From Bilabrum cf. latius (Eukaryota), in assembly GCA_965178125.1 (NCBI GenBank), contig OZ237742.1, positions 1,364,001 through 1,411,617 of the forward strand: a stretch of DNA of 47,617 nt, given 5' to 3'. The position numbers and the translations under genes are program-made. Below are positions 11,073-21,900 of this stretch, one piece after another (position 1 is the first letter of the stretch; the number at the start of each line of letters is the position of its first letter). The notes beneath the pieces were generated by a model. The model searched no databases, was not told the DNA's origin, and saw only the letters and a list, made by a program, of their open reading frames with translations.

Positions 11073-13551
11073 TCATGCAACGATGCCAACCTGGCCAGTC
11101 CCACTAGTGTTGAATCCAGCGCCTTTGGAACGAGAGGGTCCGGCCGTTGATCCAAGCTTGCCACCAAACGCTACTTTCTCCGCCTGCCTGCGGGCTTGCA
11201 TCATGGCATGCACGCCAGATTTAGCTGCCGCCACTCGCGCCCGGCTTGCGTCTGCTGCGGCCACGGCAAGCCGGAAGCGCCCCAGAGCGCCAAACAAGCC
11301 AGCTTGCGCCTGGATGACCGCCCTTTCCTGTCCGAACACACGGAGACCAACGGGCAGCTCACCCAACGACCGCCCTTGCCCTAGGGGAAGTGCCCCAGCC
11401 TGCCCTGTTCCGCTCTTGTCCGAGGCAATTTCGACCCGGAGCCCCCCTCCCTTGCCCCTGCCTGCCTGCTGCCTTCCAATCGCGTGTCGCCGCCCCTTCG
11501 CTCCGGGTGTCACCTAGACAGACCCCGCGCTGCTCTCCCGCTGCACGGTGCTAAGCGCGGACCCAGCGCTGCCACCCCGCTAGAGTGTGCCAAGCGCCGA
11601 ATCTGCGCTGCTGCCCCGCTGCACTGGCGTCATTGGTAGTGCGCTGCTGCTGCTGCTGCTACTGCTGCTGCTCGATTGCTCCCGTATATCAGCCGCTTCT
11701 TCGCCCATTTCCACATGCAAGCCCCCCATGCCAGCCTTGGGCGGTGGAGGCGGCCGGACCGCTGCCCCTGCCACCTGCAGGCCGCGCCCGCCCCTCCCAT
11801 CTATGGGCACCCCCCACCGGTTCCCACCACCTCCCTCTCGCGATTGAGCCCCGCTCGCACCCGACTGGGCCGTACTAGTGTGACCGCCCCACCTCTCGCG
11901 ATACTGGCCCGCTCCTGATGACACGCCACGCGCTGCATCTGGCCGGCTGTGCGAGCCCGTAAGCGCGCCGGCATGGGCCTCGCTTGTTCCCTGCTGCCAA
12001 GTCGTCTGCCCACTGGGCGGTTGCACCACGAGACCTCCTCGGGATGAGGGCTGGAGATGCAGCGCGGGCTGGTCTGAGTCCATCGGTGCACTACCGGTGG
12101 CACCCACGCCAATGGAGGAGCCCCCGGATGCCTGCATGGCGCGGGCTGCAGCTTCCGCCAGTGCTCGCGCGGAGGGGGGCGGTGGAGGCGGCGGCAGAGA
12201 CGGGGCTCCGTATGTTCTACCAGCACCAACACCAGTCGCAACAGCAAAGTGAGGGCTCTAATCGTGGACGCGCGACTTACTCGCCCATGCAGCACCGGCC
12301 CCTGCCCCTGCCCCTGCCCCTGCCCCTGCCCCTGCCCCTGCCCCTGCCCCTGCCCCTGCCCCTGCCCCTGCCCCTGCCCCTGCCCCTGCACCTTGCCTCG
12401 CCCCGGCCTCCGCCCCCACCATTGGCATAGCACCGTAGCCCTCCGACCCCCCTTCCCTCGCTCCCTCCCAACCTCTCGTCGACCCGTCACTCCCACCCTG
12501 TCCCCCGCCCCATTGCTGGCCTGCCCTTTCACCCTCCTGTCCCCCGCCCCATTGCTGGCCTGCCCTTTCACCCTCCTGTCCCCCGCCCCATTGCTGGCCT
12601 GCCCTTTCACCCTCCTGTCCCCCGCCCCACCGCTGGCCTGCCCTTTCACCCTCCTGTCCCCCGCCCCATTGCTGGCCTGCCCTTTCACCCTCCTGTCCCC
12701 CGCCCCATTGCTGGCCTGCCCTTTCACCCTCCTGTCCCCCGCCCCACCGCTGGCCTGCCCTTTCACCCTCCTGCCAATCCCCATGAGACCCCCGGTGGTG
12801 CCCACCAGCCCTCCCGCGGCCCCTGCCTCTGCCACGGCCTCGGCCTATTGCCCTACCGCGCTAGTCGTAGTCTCCCCCCTGCTGCCCTCTCCAGTTGCCC
12901 TTGCCACGAAAATCACGAGACTCAGAAGCAGGTCCGCTCGAAGCGGATGGGGCGCGTCGCCAGTCCACCTAACCCGCGCTGCTAGTGCGGTCCATCGGCG
13001 GCGGTGGCAACACTACCTTGTGACTGGAACCATGCCCTTCCTGTGGTGCCGGCTCAGAATGATTCCGCTCAATCGTAACCCCGGTCCAATTTGCGCTGCT
13101 TGACGAGGAAGCGGCTCCTCGGAAGCTGGCTGGCTTACTCGGAGCTGACTCGCCACGGGAAAGAGCTCCATATGTAGCCGCAGCTTGTGCTTGTGGCGGA
13201 GGCGGTGGAAGATGTGAGCCGTAGGTCATCGGCTGCTGCTGCCTTCCAACTCGAGGTGACTGCGAAAGGAGACAATCAAGGACATTTATGTTCATTTGTA
13301 AATAAAATGTGAGCTGCAGCATTCCAAAGTGCTTCAATTGTGCATCTCACATTAGACGACGCTGCTGCGTAGGGATCAGGCTTTCCAATGCTGCCCCTAC
13401 GCTGCCTACCAGTATGCGATGCTTGATACGGGTTGCCTCTGGCTCCCTATGAGGACCTCTATGCGCTCCCACCTCCGTACTGTCCGCCTCTACTTCCAGA
13501 TGCATACGGACTCCTTGAATCTCTTTGCTTGGGACCTCGTTTTCGTCCCAT
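11073..13551 (-). CDS. Low-complexity Gly/Arg/Ser-rich (RG/RGG) protein; exons 13551-13351 and 13259-11073 (~795 aa)
   Basis: Starts MGRKRGPKQRDS. A phase-0 intron GTGAG..TTTCGCAG lies at 13350-13260. ORFs 12969..13337, 11580..12137 and 11073..11513 share one frame. Seven TAGs in total and no TAA/TGA until the TGA at 11075-11073. Contains GRGRGRGRGR and QEGERAGQQWGGG repeats. Confidence 0.7.
12299..12772. repeat. Coding repeats: (CCCCTG)n at ~12299-12389 and a 39-bp tandem repeat x~7 at ~12497-12772
   Basis: The unit cctgtcccccgccccattgctggcctgccctttcaccct is directly visible. On the minus strand the repeats encode (GA)n and QEGERAGQ(Q/R)WGGG. Confidence 0.9.
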
Positions 13552-13727
13552 GGGGGGCCAAAATATGTGCGTACAGAAATCGGCCCCGAAACCGACAGGT
13601 TTTAATCTTCTTCTTGAAAGTTCAACACGCAAGGTTGCAACCGGCAGAATATTTCGCAGGATCCGTGGTGTGGTGCTAGCCACTTGAACCGGCATTCCGA
13701 CAATAAGAAATTGTTGCTTTCTCAGCA

Positions 13728-15518
13728 ATGTCAGCTGCTGCAAAGGGTGAAGCTGGCAGCTCTTCGCTTGACGTTAAGCCCCCATCCAAGGAGCTAGAGA
13801 GCGTGCTGGACTCATTGAAGCGAATTTACCGAACCTCACTCAAGCCAGTGGAGGAGCGGTACAACTACGGGGAGTTCTATCAGCCTATTCTCACCGATGC
13901 TGACTTTGATGCCAGACCAATGGTGCTCCTTGTAGGCCAGTACAGCGTTGGCAAGACGAGTTTCATTCGCTACCTGATCGGGCGCGACTTTCCCGGTATC
14001 CGCATCGGACCTGAGCCTACGACAGATCGGTTCCACATCGTACTTCATGGTGATGCAGATAGGGAGATCCCTGGCAACGCTCTATCCGTCCACAAAGATT
14101 TGCCGTTCACCTCCCTCTCAAAGTTCGGCTCCGGCTTCCTCTCGAGGCTGCAGGCCTCGCAGTGCGATGCGCCTCTCCTGAAGCACGTGACGCTGGTGGA
14201 TAGCCCCGGCGTGCTGTCTGGTGCAAAACAGCGGATCGGTCGGCAGTACGACTTCACGCGCGTGATCGAGTGGTTCGCCGACCGCTGCGACATGATCCTG
14301 CTGCTCTTCGACGCGCACAAGCTGGACATCTCGGACGAGTTCAAGAGCGCCATCGAGGCGCTGCGGGGCCACGACGACAAGATCAGGGTGGTACTCAACA
14401 AGGCCGACAAGGTGTCCTCCCAGCAGCTCATGCGCGTGTACGGGGCCATGATGTGGAGCCTTGGCAAGGTGGTGCGCACCCCTGAGGTGATGCGCGTGTA
14501 CATCGGGAGCTTCTGGGACCAGCCCTGCCAGAACCCGAGCATGGAGGAGTTCTTCGCCGCCGAGCAGAGCGATCTGCTGAAGGACCTGCAGGCCATGCCC
14601 CACAACGCTGCGGTCCGGCGAGTGAACGACCTCATCAAGCGGACGAGGCTCTCCAGGGTGCACGCGCTCATCGTGTCCCACCTGCGGGAATCCATGCCCG
14701 TCATGTGGGGCCACGAGGCCAAGCAGAAGGAGCTGCTGGACAACATGGCGAACGAGTTCTTTAAGGTGATGAAGAAGCACCACCTGCACAAGGCCGACTT
14801 CCCCAACCTCCGGAGGTTCCAGGAGGTCGCGGCCAACTTCGAGTTCACCAAGTTCAAGAACATCAAGCCGGAGCTCATTGAGGTCGCCCAGCGGGCCGTG
14901 CAGGAGGAGATCCCCGCGCTGCTGGCCCGCATGAGCGACGAGGCCACGGCCAAGGCGGCCACCCAGATCAAGGGGACGCTGGCCATGTCCGGGGGTCGCA
15001 TCGTGGCGGCGGGGGGAAGGGCCGGCTCGGGGGCCGCTACGGGGGGGGCGGGCAGCGTGCCTCTCATCCGAGACGCGCCCGGGGCCGCGTCCCCGGGTGC
15101 GGCTTCGGCCGGGCCCGACTCGGCGGTGGCGGCCCCGGCCGCGAGCGGGGCCGGGGCCGGGGACCCGTTCGCCAGCGGGGGCGGCGACTCGGGCAACCCT
15201 TTCGGCACGAACACGCACGACGCGTGGTCCCGGCTGGTGAACAAGGCCGAGTCGGACAAGCTATTCGCGGGGTTTGCGGGCGCCAAGGAATCGGGGCGCA
15301 TCGCGGGGTCCGCTCTTCGGGAGTTCATGCTCGAGAGGAGCGGGCTGCCCGGGCCCGACCTGTCCAAGGTGTGGACCCTGTCGGACATCGACAAGGATGG
15401 CTACCTCGACCCGCTCGAGTTTGCCGTGTGCGTGTACATCATGGACCAGGCCAAGGCGGGCTCGGGGGTGCCAGATGTGCTGCCCCAGGAGTGGGTGCCT
15501 CCGTCCAAGCGCAAGTGA
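13728..15518 (+). CDS. EHD1: EH-domain-containing dynamin-like ATPase (EHD1/RME-1 family), 596 aa
   Basis: P-loop GQYSVGKT, IGPEPTTDRF, DSPGVLSG, LFDAHKLDISDEF, VLNKAD, RVYIGSFW, an NPF motif and a C-terminal EH domain (LSKVWTLSDIDKDGYLD). Single exon, no TAG, ends TGA. Confidence 0.97.
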   Translation: MSAAAKGEAGSSSLDVKPPSKELESVLDSLKRIYRTSLKPVEERYNYGEFYQPILTDADFDARPMVLLVGQYSVGKTSFIRYLIGRDFPGIRIGPEPTTDRFHIVLHGDADREIPGNALSVHKDLPFTSLSKFGSGFLSRLQASQCDAPLLKHVTLVDSPGVLSGAKQRIGRQYDFTRVIEWFADRCDMILLLFDAHKLDISDEFKSAIEALRGHDDKIRVVLNKADKVSSQQLMRVYGAMMWSLGKVVRTPEVMRVYIGSFWDQPCQNPSMEEFFAAEQSDLLKDLQAMPHNAAVRRVNDLIKRTRLSRVHALIVSHLRESMPVMWGHEAKQKELLDNMANEFFKVMKKHHLHKADFPNLRRFQEVAANFEFTKFKNIKPELIEVAQRAVQEEIPALLARMSDEATAKAATQIKGTLAMSGGRIVAAGGRAGSGAATGGAGSVPLIRDAPGAASPGAASAGPDSAVAAPAASGAGAGDPFASGGGDSGNPFGTNTHDAWSRLVNKAESDKLFAGFAGAKESGRIAGSALREFMLERSGLPGPDLSKVWTLSDIDKDGYLDPLEFAVCVYIMDQAKAGSGVPDVLPQEWVPPSKRK

Positions 15519-15621
15519 TCCCTAAACCCGTGGCAAACGTGCGATTGGCAAAAGTCAAGTAGGCTGAAGTGCTTAGCTTAAAGTATTGCGAATCTAGTTT
15601 TCATCTATTCAAGCTGCGTCG

Positions 15622-16029
15622 TTACAATCGCCTGGCCTTCCTCGGTCGGCAGCCATTCGTAGGCAACGGAGTGATGTCTTCCATGCGCGTGATTCCCAAC
15701 CCGTGCGCCACAATCTATTGCGCCATAACTGGCCTTCCTCTACCAAGACCTTTAAATCGAAGCACAATGTTCCTAGCGCCTAACTTGTACGCTTGGCCGG
15801 CTGCTTTCGCAGCGGCCTGGGCTGCGAATTCGGTTTCAGACCGCATATGCCCCCTCTGGAACTGGCCCGAGGAGCTCTTGCACATAACTTCTCCATTCAT
15901 TTTCGAAAATACAACATGCGCGTTATTCATCGTGACAGTGCAGGTCGCAAACGAATCCGGTCGAACTACCTGTCTCATCAGCCGCTGTCCTCCTGATCTC
16001 AACGCGGCAGAAATCCTGCTCGAAGCCAT
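15622..16029 (-). CDS. rps11: Ribosomal protein uS11, organellar (mitochondrial) type, nucleus-encoded; 5' end uncertain
   Basis: [22 protein letters not shown]...[11 protein letters not shown]...[11 protein letters not shown]. Reading through the TAG at 15717-15715 gives the S11 C-terminal signature [19 protein letters not shown], ending in TAA at 15624-15622. Confidence 0.85.
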
Positions 16030-16267
16030 CCTTAATAACTCGCTTGAATTACTAGATGTAGGATATTGAAGCCAAATTCAGGCCTCGGCGAGCACAAACT
16101 GGAGAAGTGTACATTTTCTGGCCACGAAATCGTTTTCATATTGTTGCGTGTACCTGGGCGCAGCGGAAACCGCGAACCCGTAGTGCTTGATGTGTTGCCC
16201 CATCACTTGAAACTCGGGTACAACGTTTCGAAAATGTTTCGCTTAAAGCCTACTACTCGCTGCAGCA

Positions 16268-17155
16268 ATGAGCGACTCTAAGTCACAGCAGCCTTTTTTG
16301 AATTGTCTGCTTTCGCGACTGCAAGTCGATTTGCGCGTTGAATCTAGTCTCGACAGCTCGGTTCAACTGGATACGGTACAAACTTCTAGCTTGAATGGTA
16401 GCCAAAGCATTGCGCGCATGCTGCTAGCGAGACGTTCGTTAGTGGAAGTGTCAGGCATGATCGGAAGACGCCACAGCGTTGCAAGTGTAGCGCTGTGCCT
16501 CTTACGAGCTGAGTTGAAGCGTAGGAGTGAGTGTGGACCCGCCAGTAGAGCTCTCTACATGTTGAAACGAATGCCACCGACCAGACTGTCTCGCACAGAA
16601 GCAGGAGGTGTACTAGGTGCACCGCCTGCTCGCGAAGTATAGGCAGCCGCAATTGACCGAAATCCCACGATTGAGGTACTACTAGCACCTCACGGTCCGC
16701 ACAGGGGTGACCGCGCTGACTCCGCGCACGCGATATCAGTGACTCTGCCGCGTATTGGCGCGTGCCCACCGCAGCAGACATCCATCCCCATTGAGGCCGC
16801 CCCTAGTCACATTGTAGCAGCATCCACAGGTCCGGAGCTGTCAGACGGCGTCCGACACCGATGCACTCGAAGGGGCTGCGCAGCCATTGCAATACCTACC
16901 AGTTATACATTGTCCCAACCTGCCCCCAGTGGCAGCATCGCATAGATTGCCCGAGGTTCCGGTATGAAATACGGGGTCCCCACGCCAGCGCCAGTCGACC
17001 GGCTAGCCAGAGCAGGCGGCTTCTACATCGACCGGGGCTCTGCGAAGGATGGCTCTTATAGCCTGCGCATAGACGTGTCAGGAACGGGTGCCAGGGTAAA
17101 TGCCACTATTTTGAGGTGCATTGTAGCGCAGCCCAAGTCACGGCAGGCTCAGGCC

Positions 17156-17202
<47 letters not shown>

Positions 17203-18110
17203 CCAGGCTCAGGCTCAGGCCAGGTAGAGCGCGGCTGGTCGGGTATGGCACAGACTTGCTGTGTGTGTGGTGGCCAGGGGAGAGACCGCTGTGGCGTGTG
17301 AAGTGGCATTCCGGAGAGGACTTGCTGCGCTGCTTCGCGCCTCTGTGCACTGCGGGGGCCATGCGGTGCTGAGGGGCCAGCAGCGGCTCGCAGCAGATGG
17401 TTAGGAAGCGGGCCAGGGGGTTGTCCGCGGGAGCGGCGTGGGCCTGGTGGCAGACAAGCAGCACACTGCAACTCGGCGATGCCTTGAGGCTGTCGCTGCT
17501 GGTTCGGGCTCGCAGATGGCATCAAGCACGACATCATGTGACACCGTGAGAGCAGTTGGTGCGGTGTTGCACTGCAACGGGCTAGATCTGTCATGATTGC
17601 ACGATAACGGATGGCAACAATAGTCGAGACCACAAGCTGGTGAATCTTTGCGTACAAGGTCAATTGGCATTCAACGAACGTTCACAGCGCAGGCCCATGC
17701 TGGTGCTCGCTGCTCACACAATCGTGCCGCTAGAAGCAGATAGGCTTGCCTCCATGCTCGGTAGGAAGGCAGCCCTGCGGCAAACCTAGTGCATGCCAGT
17801 GGGGGGCACTAGATCTAGCACTACTAGTAGCGCTGATTGGCCGGTTCTTCGCATATCTACCGAGTAGGCCCGATCGCGGTCTCCGAGTCGTCAGCGGTGG
17901 CCGCGTATTATGTCAGTGATGAGGACCTGTCTGCACGGTTATTTAGGCCCTCGGGCACCGAGCTGGATGCCTCTGCCTCCTCATTGGCTCCCCTGCTATG
18001 ATAGACGCTTGATTTGCTTGCGAACTGCCTTTGCTTGCAAACTGCCGGAACTTTAGTTCAGGAAAGCAGCGCCACAAGAATGGGATCCCTGCCAAGTCAC
18101 TTCTTGTTGA
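16268..18110 (+). CDS. Hypothetical protein; predicted exons 16268-17545 and 17688-18110
   Basis: ORFs 16268..16642, 16739..16945 and 16964..17227 share one frame, each ending in TAG. A phase-0 GTGAG..TTCACAG intron (17546-17687) would extend the frame to TGA 18110. Seven TAGs; an (AQ)n run comes from (GCTCAG)n at ~17146-17222. No recognisable domain. Confidence 0.5.
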
Positions 18111-18142
18111 GTTGCGTGTCCCATCTTCATTCTACCCACAGA

Positions 18143-18613
18143 TCACCTGTTGAATACCGCAGCTCCGAATACGCTCGCTATGCAGTACATGGACACGCCT
18201 TCGCTCTTCTTTTGGCTGGGCCACTTGTACGTCACATGATTATCGTTCACGCCATCCCAAAAAAATGAATCGGCCGAATGGATACCAGCACCAGTATCTT
18301 GAGCAATCGTGCAGTGTACAATGTACTTGAATGGCTTCACTGCTGCCAAGCGGGCCATCACACCATCACAAATGGCATCGATCCAGCCTGGGACATCATC
18401 TTCTTTGTACTCTTTCTTTTCTAACACCTCATCGACAACGCTCTGCAGGATACCTTCAACTTCCTCGTTGATGAAAGCAGACTGCAAGGTAGGTCAAGAT
18501 TAGGCAGGCAGTGCAACACAAATATCACGTTCCATACCACCTGTATCCTATATCAACTATACAGTAGTACTTCTTACGTCATCAGCTGTCTCAATGGCCT
18601 CCACAGACGACAT
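18143..18613 (-). CDS. DYNLT1: Dynein light chain Tctex-1 family; exons 18613-18578 and 18481-18143 (124 aa)
   Basis: AFINEEVEGILQSVVDEVL..KEY....V..WIDAIC...KPFKYIVHCTIAQDTGAGIHSADSFFWD...D...SMYCIASVFG; GTAAG..TTGCAG intron; ends TGA. Confidence 0.92.
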
Positions 18614-18990
18614 TAGCTTTAGACAGCACCGTTTTGGCTTTCTTGTGCAACCGCTCTACGAATGTTCCGCAAGAAATGCGCGGCGTCCGACAATGTGGTG
18701 ACGGCCACTCGGTGTTTTTCCGCAGATTCACGCCTAGCAACTGCCGGCTGAAATTTGCATTTTGTATGTGAGAAGAAAAATGATCAAGTATTGAAACGTT
18801 GTATCCCCAGCTCCTTCGCATCTCTCTTGTCAATACTTGTCAAGGGCGTTTCAACCTTGAAGTGAAACCGAATCCTCCCAGTAACCTTCTTTGCGAGAAC
18901 GGCTTATATTCGATCAATCAGATCACGTTTTTCACCACACTCTGTACTTTTATTTGTTTTTCTATTCATCGCAGGCAAGATTCTGGCAAA

Positions 18991-21900
18991 ATGAGGCATT
19001 TTAGGCGCTCCAGACTTGACGATGGTAGTATCACACGTAGGAGTGGGAGCTGCAAGCCGCGCAGGTCGGGGCGGCATGGATGCGCGGTGAGTTACAACGA
19101 AATGTCATTGTTAGAATTGCGTTTGCAACTAGCCCGTTGGTGCGTTGCAACGGACGAAGGATTACACGTTGGAATTGCCACTTTGAAGAAGCTTCCTGAC
19201 GTATCGCAGAAGAGACTGGTCAAGAATGAAAGCGGCGCAGCTGGAATTGAGGAAACTGGCGCCCAACTATCTGAAGGGTCTTAGTCTCGGGCCATCGCGA
19301 TTAGATCACACAAGCCCTTCTCGCTGCAGTACAGGATCCCTCCGAGCAACCGGCGATGCCAATCTGCGAGGAGTCGGAGGCAGCGAGCCGAATCTAGAAG
19401 TAGTGCAGGCAGCCTAGAATCACGTGCTGTACGCTGGGGGTATTCTTCTGACGATGATAGCCATATTGGCATGCTCTCGCCCCGCCGGCCTCGTTATGAT
19501 AGCGGGACCTCCGAGAGCGACTTGGACGGTGGAGTCCTAGAGCCGTTCCATGGCAGTGGCATCGAGGGGGATAGAGAGAGAGTCAGTGGGAGGGTCGAAG
19601 TGGCTGAAAGCACGCTGGCAGAGCCCCACCATTCACCAATGTCTCCCTCCCCAGCCCCCAGCGGCAGCAGTCGCCCGCTGCCCAGCGGGGGGTCCTCTGT
19701 GGCCCGGTCCATGGGCAGGGCCTCCCCTCCCATCGCTGCAGGGACGGCCAGAGCTGGAAGCGAGCAGGAGAACTAGGTGCGCATGTCACCAGAGGGGGAT
19801 GGTCCGGTTGCCCTCGGCAGCGAGGCGGGGACCTGCGCCGGCACACCGGTGCGCATGGCCTCCTCGTGCGCCTTCAGCTGCGACGGAGCTGAGCAGGACG
19901 GCGACGAGTGTGACGAGTGCACTGGTGGCCCCAAAGGGCCTGAGGCATCACCCGGCATGGTTAGCGTTGGGTATGATCCCAGAGGTGCGAACAGCAGCGT
20001 GTGGGGGTCTGGGTGTCTGTCTGGTTCTGACATCGATGAGGAAGAGGCTGGCACCGGGCTGGGGGGCAGCTGCGCGCCGCTGACCATGCCCAGGATACTG
20101 GACTTGGGCGGCAGTGCCGCTATGGAGCGGCCCAAGAACAGCAACGCGGCTCGCGGTCCCAGTTCACCCGTCCGTCTGCGTCGAGATGCGCCCAACAGTG
20201 GTGGGCCGGACTCGATGGACACGGTGCCATTCTCGGTGCGGATGCAGGACTTCTCTCACACCAAGCCGCAGGTGCAAGTGCAGCAAGGCACCTGTATGGT
20301 CCATCAGAAGGCAGGTGCGAAGTCAAGGACGGTGTCCTTCCGCGATGACGTCAGCAGGCCCGCCCCGCTGAACCCCCCAGGGGTGTCCCACGAGCACGCG
20401 ATCGAGGCTCTCTCGCCCGTGCTCAGTCACCAGGCAGTGGTGGTGGTTGCCAGGACGGCGGTTGTTGCCGCGCCTGACGCCGCCACGGGACGCCAGCAGG
20501 GCAGTTCCTCTTCATCGTCCTCGTCTGCTGGTGCCCCTGGCAGGCGCGGCAGGCCAGGGCCCAGCGCTCAGGGCGGTTCCCCCCGGCAGGAGGAAGCGCG
20601 CCATGGGACATTGGAGCATGTGCTGCGACGCCACCCTTCGGACGTGCAGCTGGCGCCATCCCGGTCCTTCGATGAGGCAGGTGACGAGGCTGAGGAGGCC
20701 TTCGAGGGGCACGCGGGGGATGTCGGGGTGGGGGAGGAAGCGGGTGAGAGCAAGCGATCCCTGGCGCGGATGGGCAGCATCCTGCAGGGGTTACGGCTGG
20801 ACGACGTGCGCACGGGCGAGAACAGGGGCAGGAGCACGCACAGGAAGGGCAGGTCTGGACAGGGAGCAGGCAAGGCTCGCAAGCTGCCATCTGCCTCGCC
20901 CTTGGCGTCTCCGACGGGTATGAACAGCCTGCCATCTGCTTCGCCCACCGGTGGGGATGCTAGTGAGGAGAGCGCGTGGGGGCATGGGTGGATTGCCTCG
21001 CTGGGCCGCATGTCGCAGGACTCGCTGCACTCGGGCGGCTCCAGGGGCTCGCTGAGATCCAAGCCCGCTGCGGCAACCTCGCGGTCCAAGCTCGGGTCCT
21101 CCTCTTCCTCCTCCTCTCGGTCGATCGGCCGGCGGGACAGGCCTGGCTCTGCCACGGGCTCGATATCCGGTGGCTCCCCAGACCTGGGCCTGAACATCGA
21201 CAGCAGCACCTGCGGGCCGTTAGACAGCCCCGCCCGTGCTGCAGGAGACAGCCCCGTGGAGCAAGCCGCCAGCAAGGGCAAGGGCAAGGGCGGGGCCCTG
21301 GCTCGGGTATCGAGCGCGGTGCGGCGCGCCGCATCTTCGAGCCAGGACACTCGCGCGGGGTGGATGTCCCCGGTGGGGGGCCAGCATTCGGATGGCGGTT
21401 CTGTGCTCGAGACAGAGGAGGGCGAGGCTGCCGTGGAGCTGGCTGAGCTGATGGCGAGGCAATCAATCAAGCGGTCTAGGAGCGATTTCGAGATGGGAGG
21501 ACAAGTCCCAGTCGAACGCAGGTGGAAGGGGGTCGGCATGGACCAGGTGGCACCGCCCCAGGCATGCAATATCGACCGTGCGAGCAAGCGGCCCAGACTG
21601 GTGCGGGGAGCATCGCACGAGGTGCTTCCTAGCCTGGGGCAAGAGGGCTAGAGTGCCAGCATGCAGGATGACGAGGGGTGCGTGTCCATCGGAGGGGCGG
21701 TCCACCGGCCCATTATCCCCACGCTCCACATGGCGCCCCCGCTGCTGGCGGGACACCTGGGCGGTCCTCCCCCGAAGACGGCGTATGACTGGCGGCACCA
21801 GGTCTCGATGCCCACGGTCTAGGGGCCCATGCCCATGGACACAGACAATGAGGGCATTGCCAAAGGCAAGGATGGGTCGCGGTTTGCAGCGTCATCGCCA

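Noticed and set aside
8441-21587. Long antisense ORFs (8441..10696, 14045..15394, 20568..21587 and others)
   Set aside because: They are shadow frames of GC-rich sense genes with recognisable products on the opposite strand.
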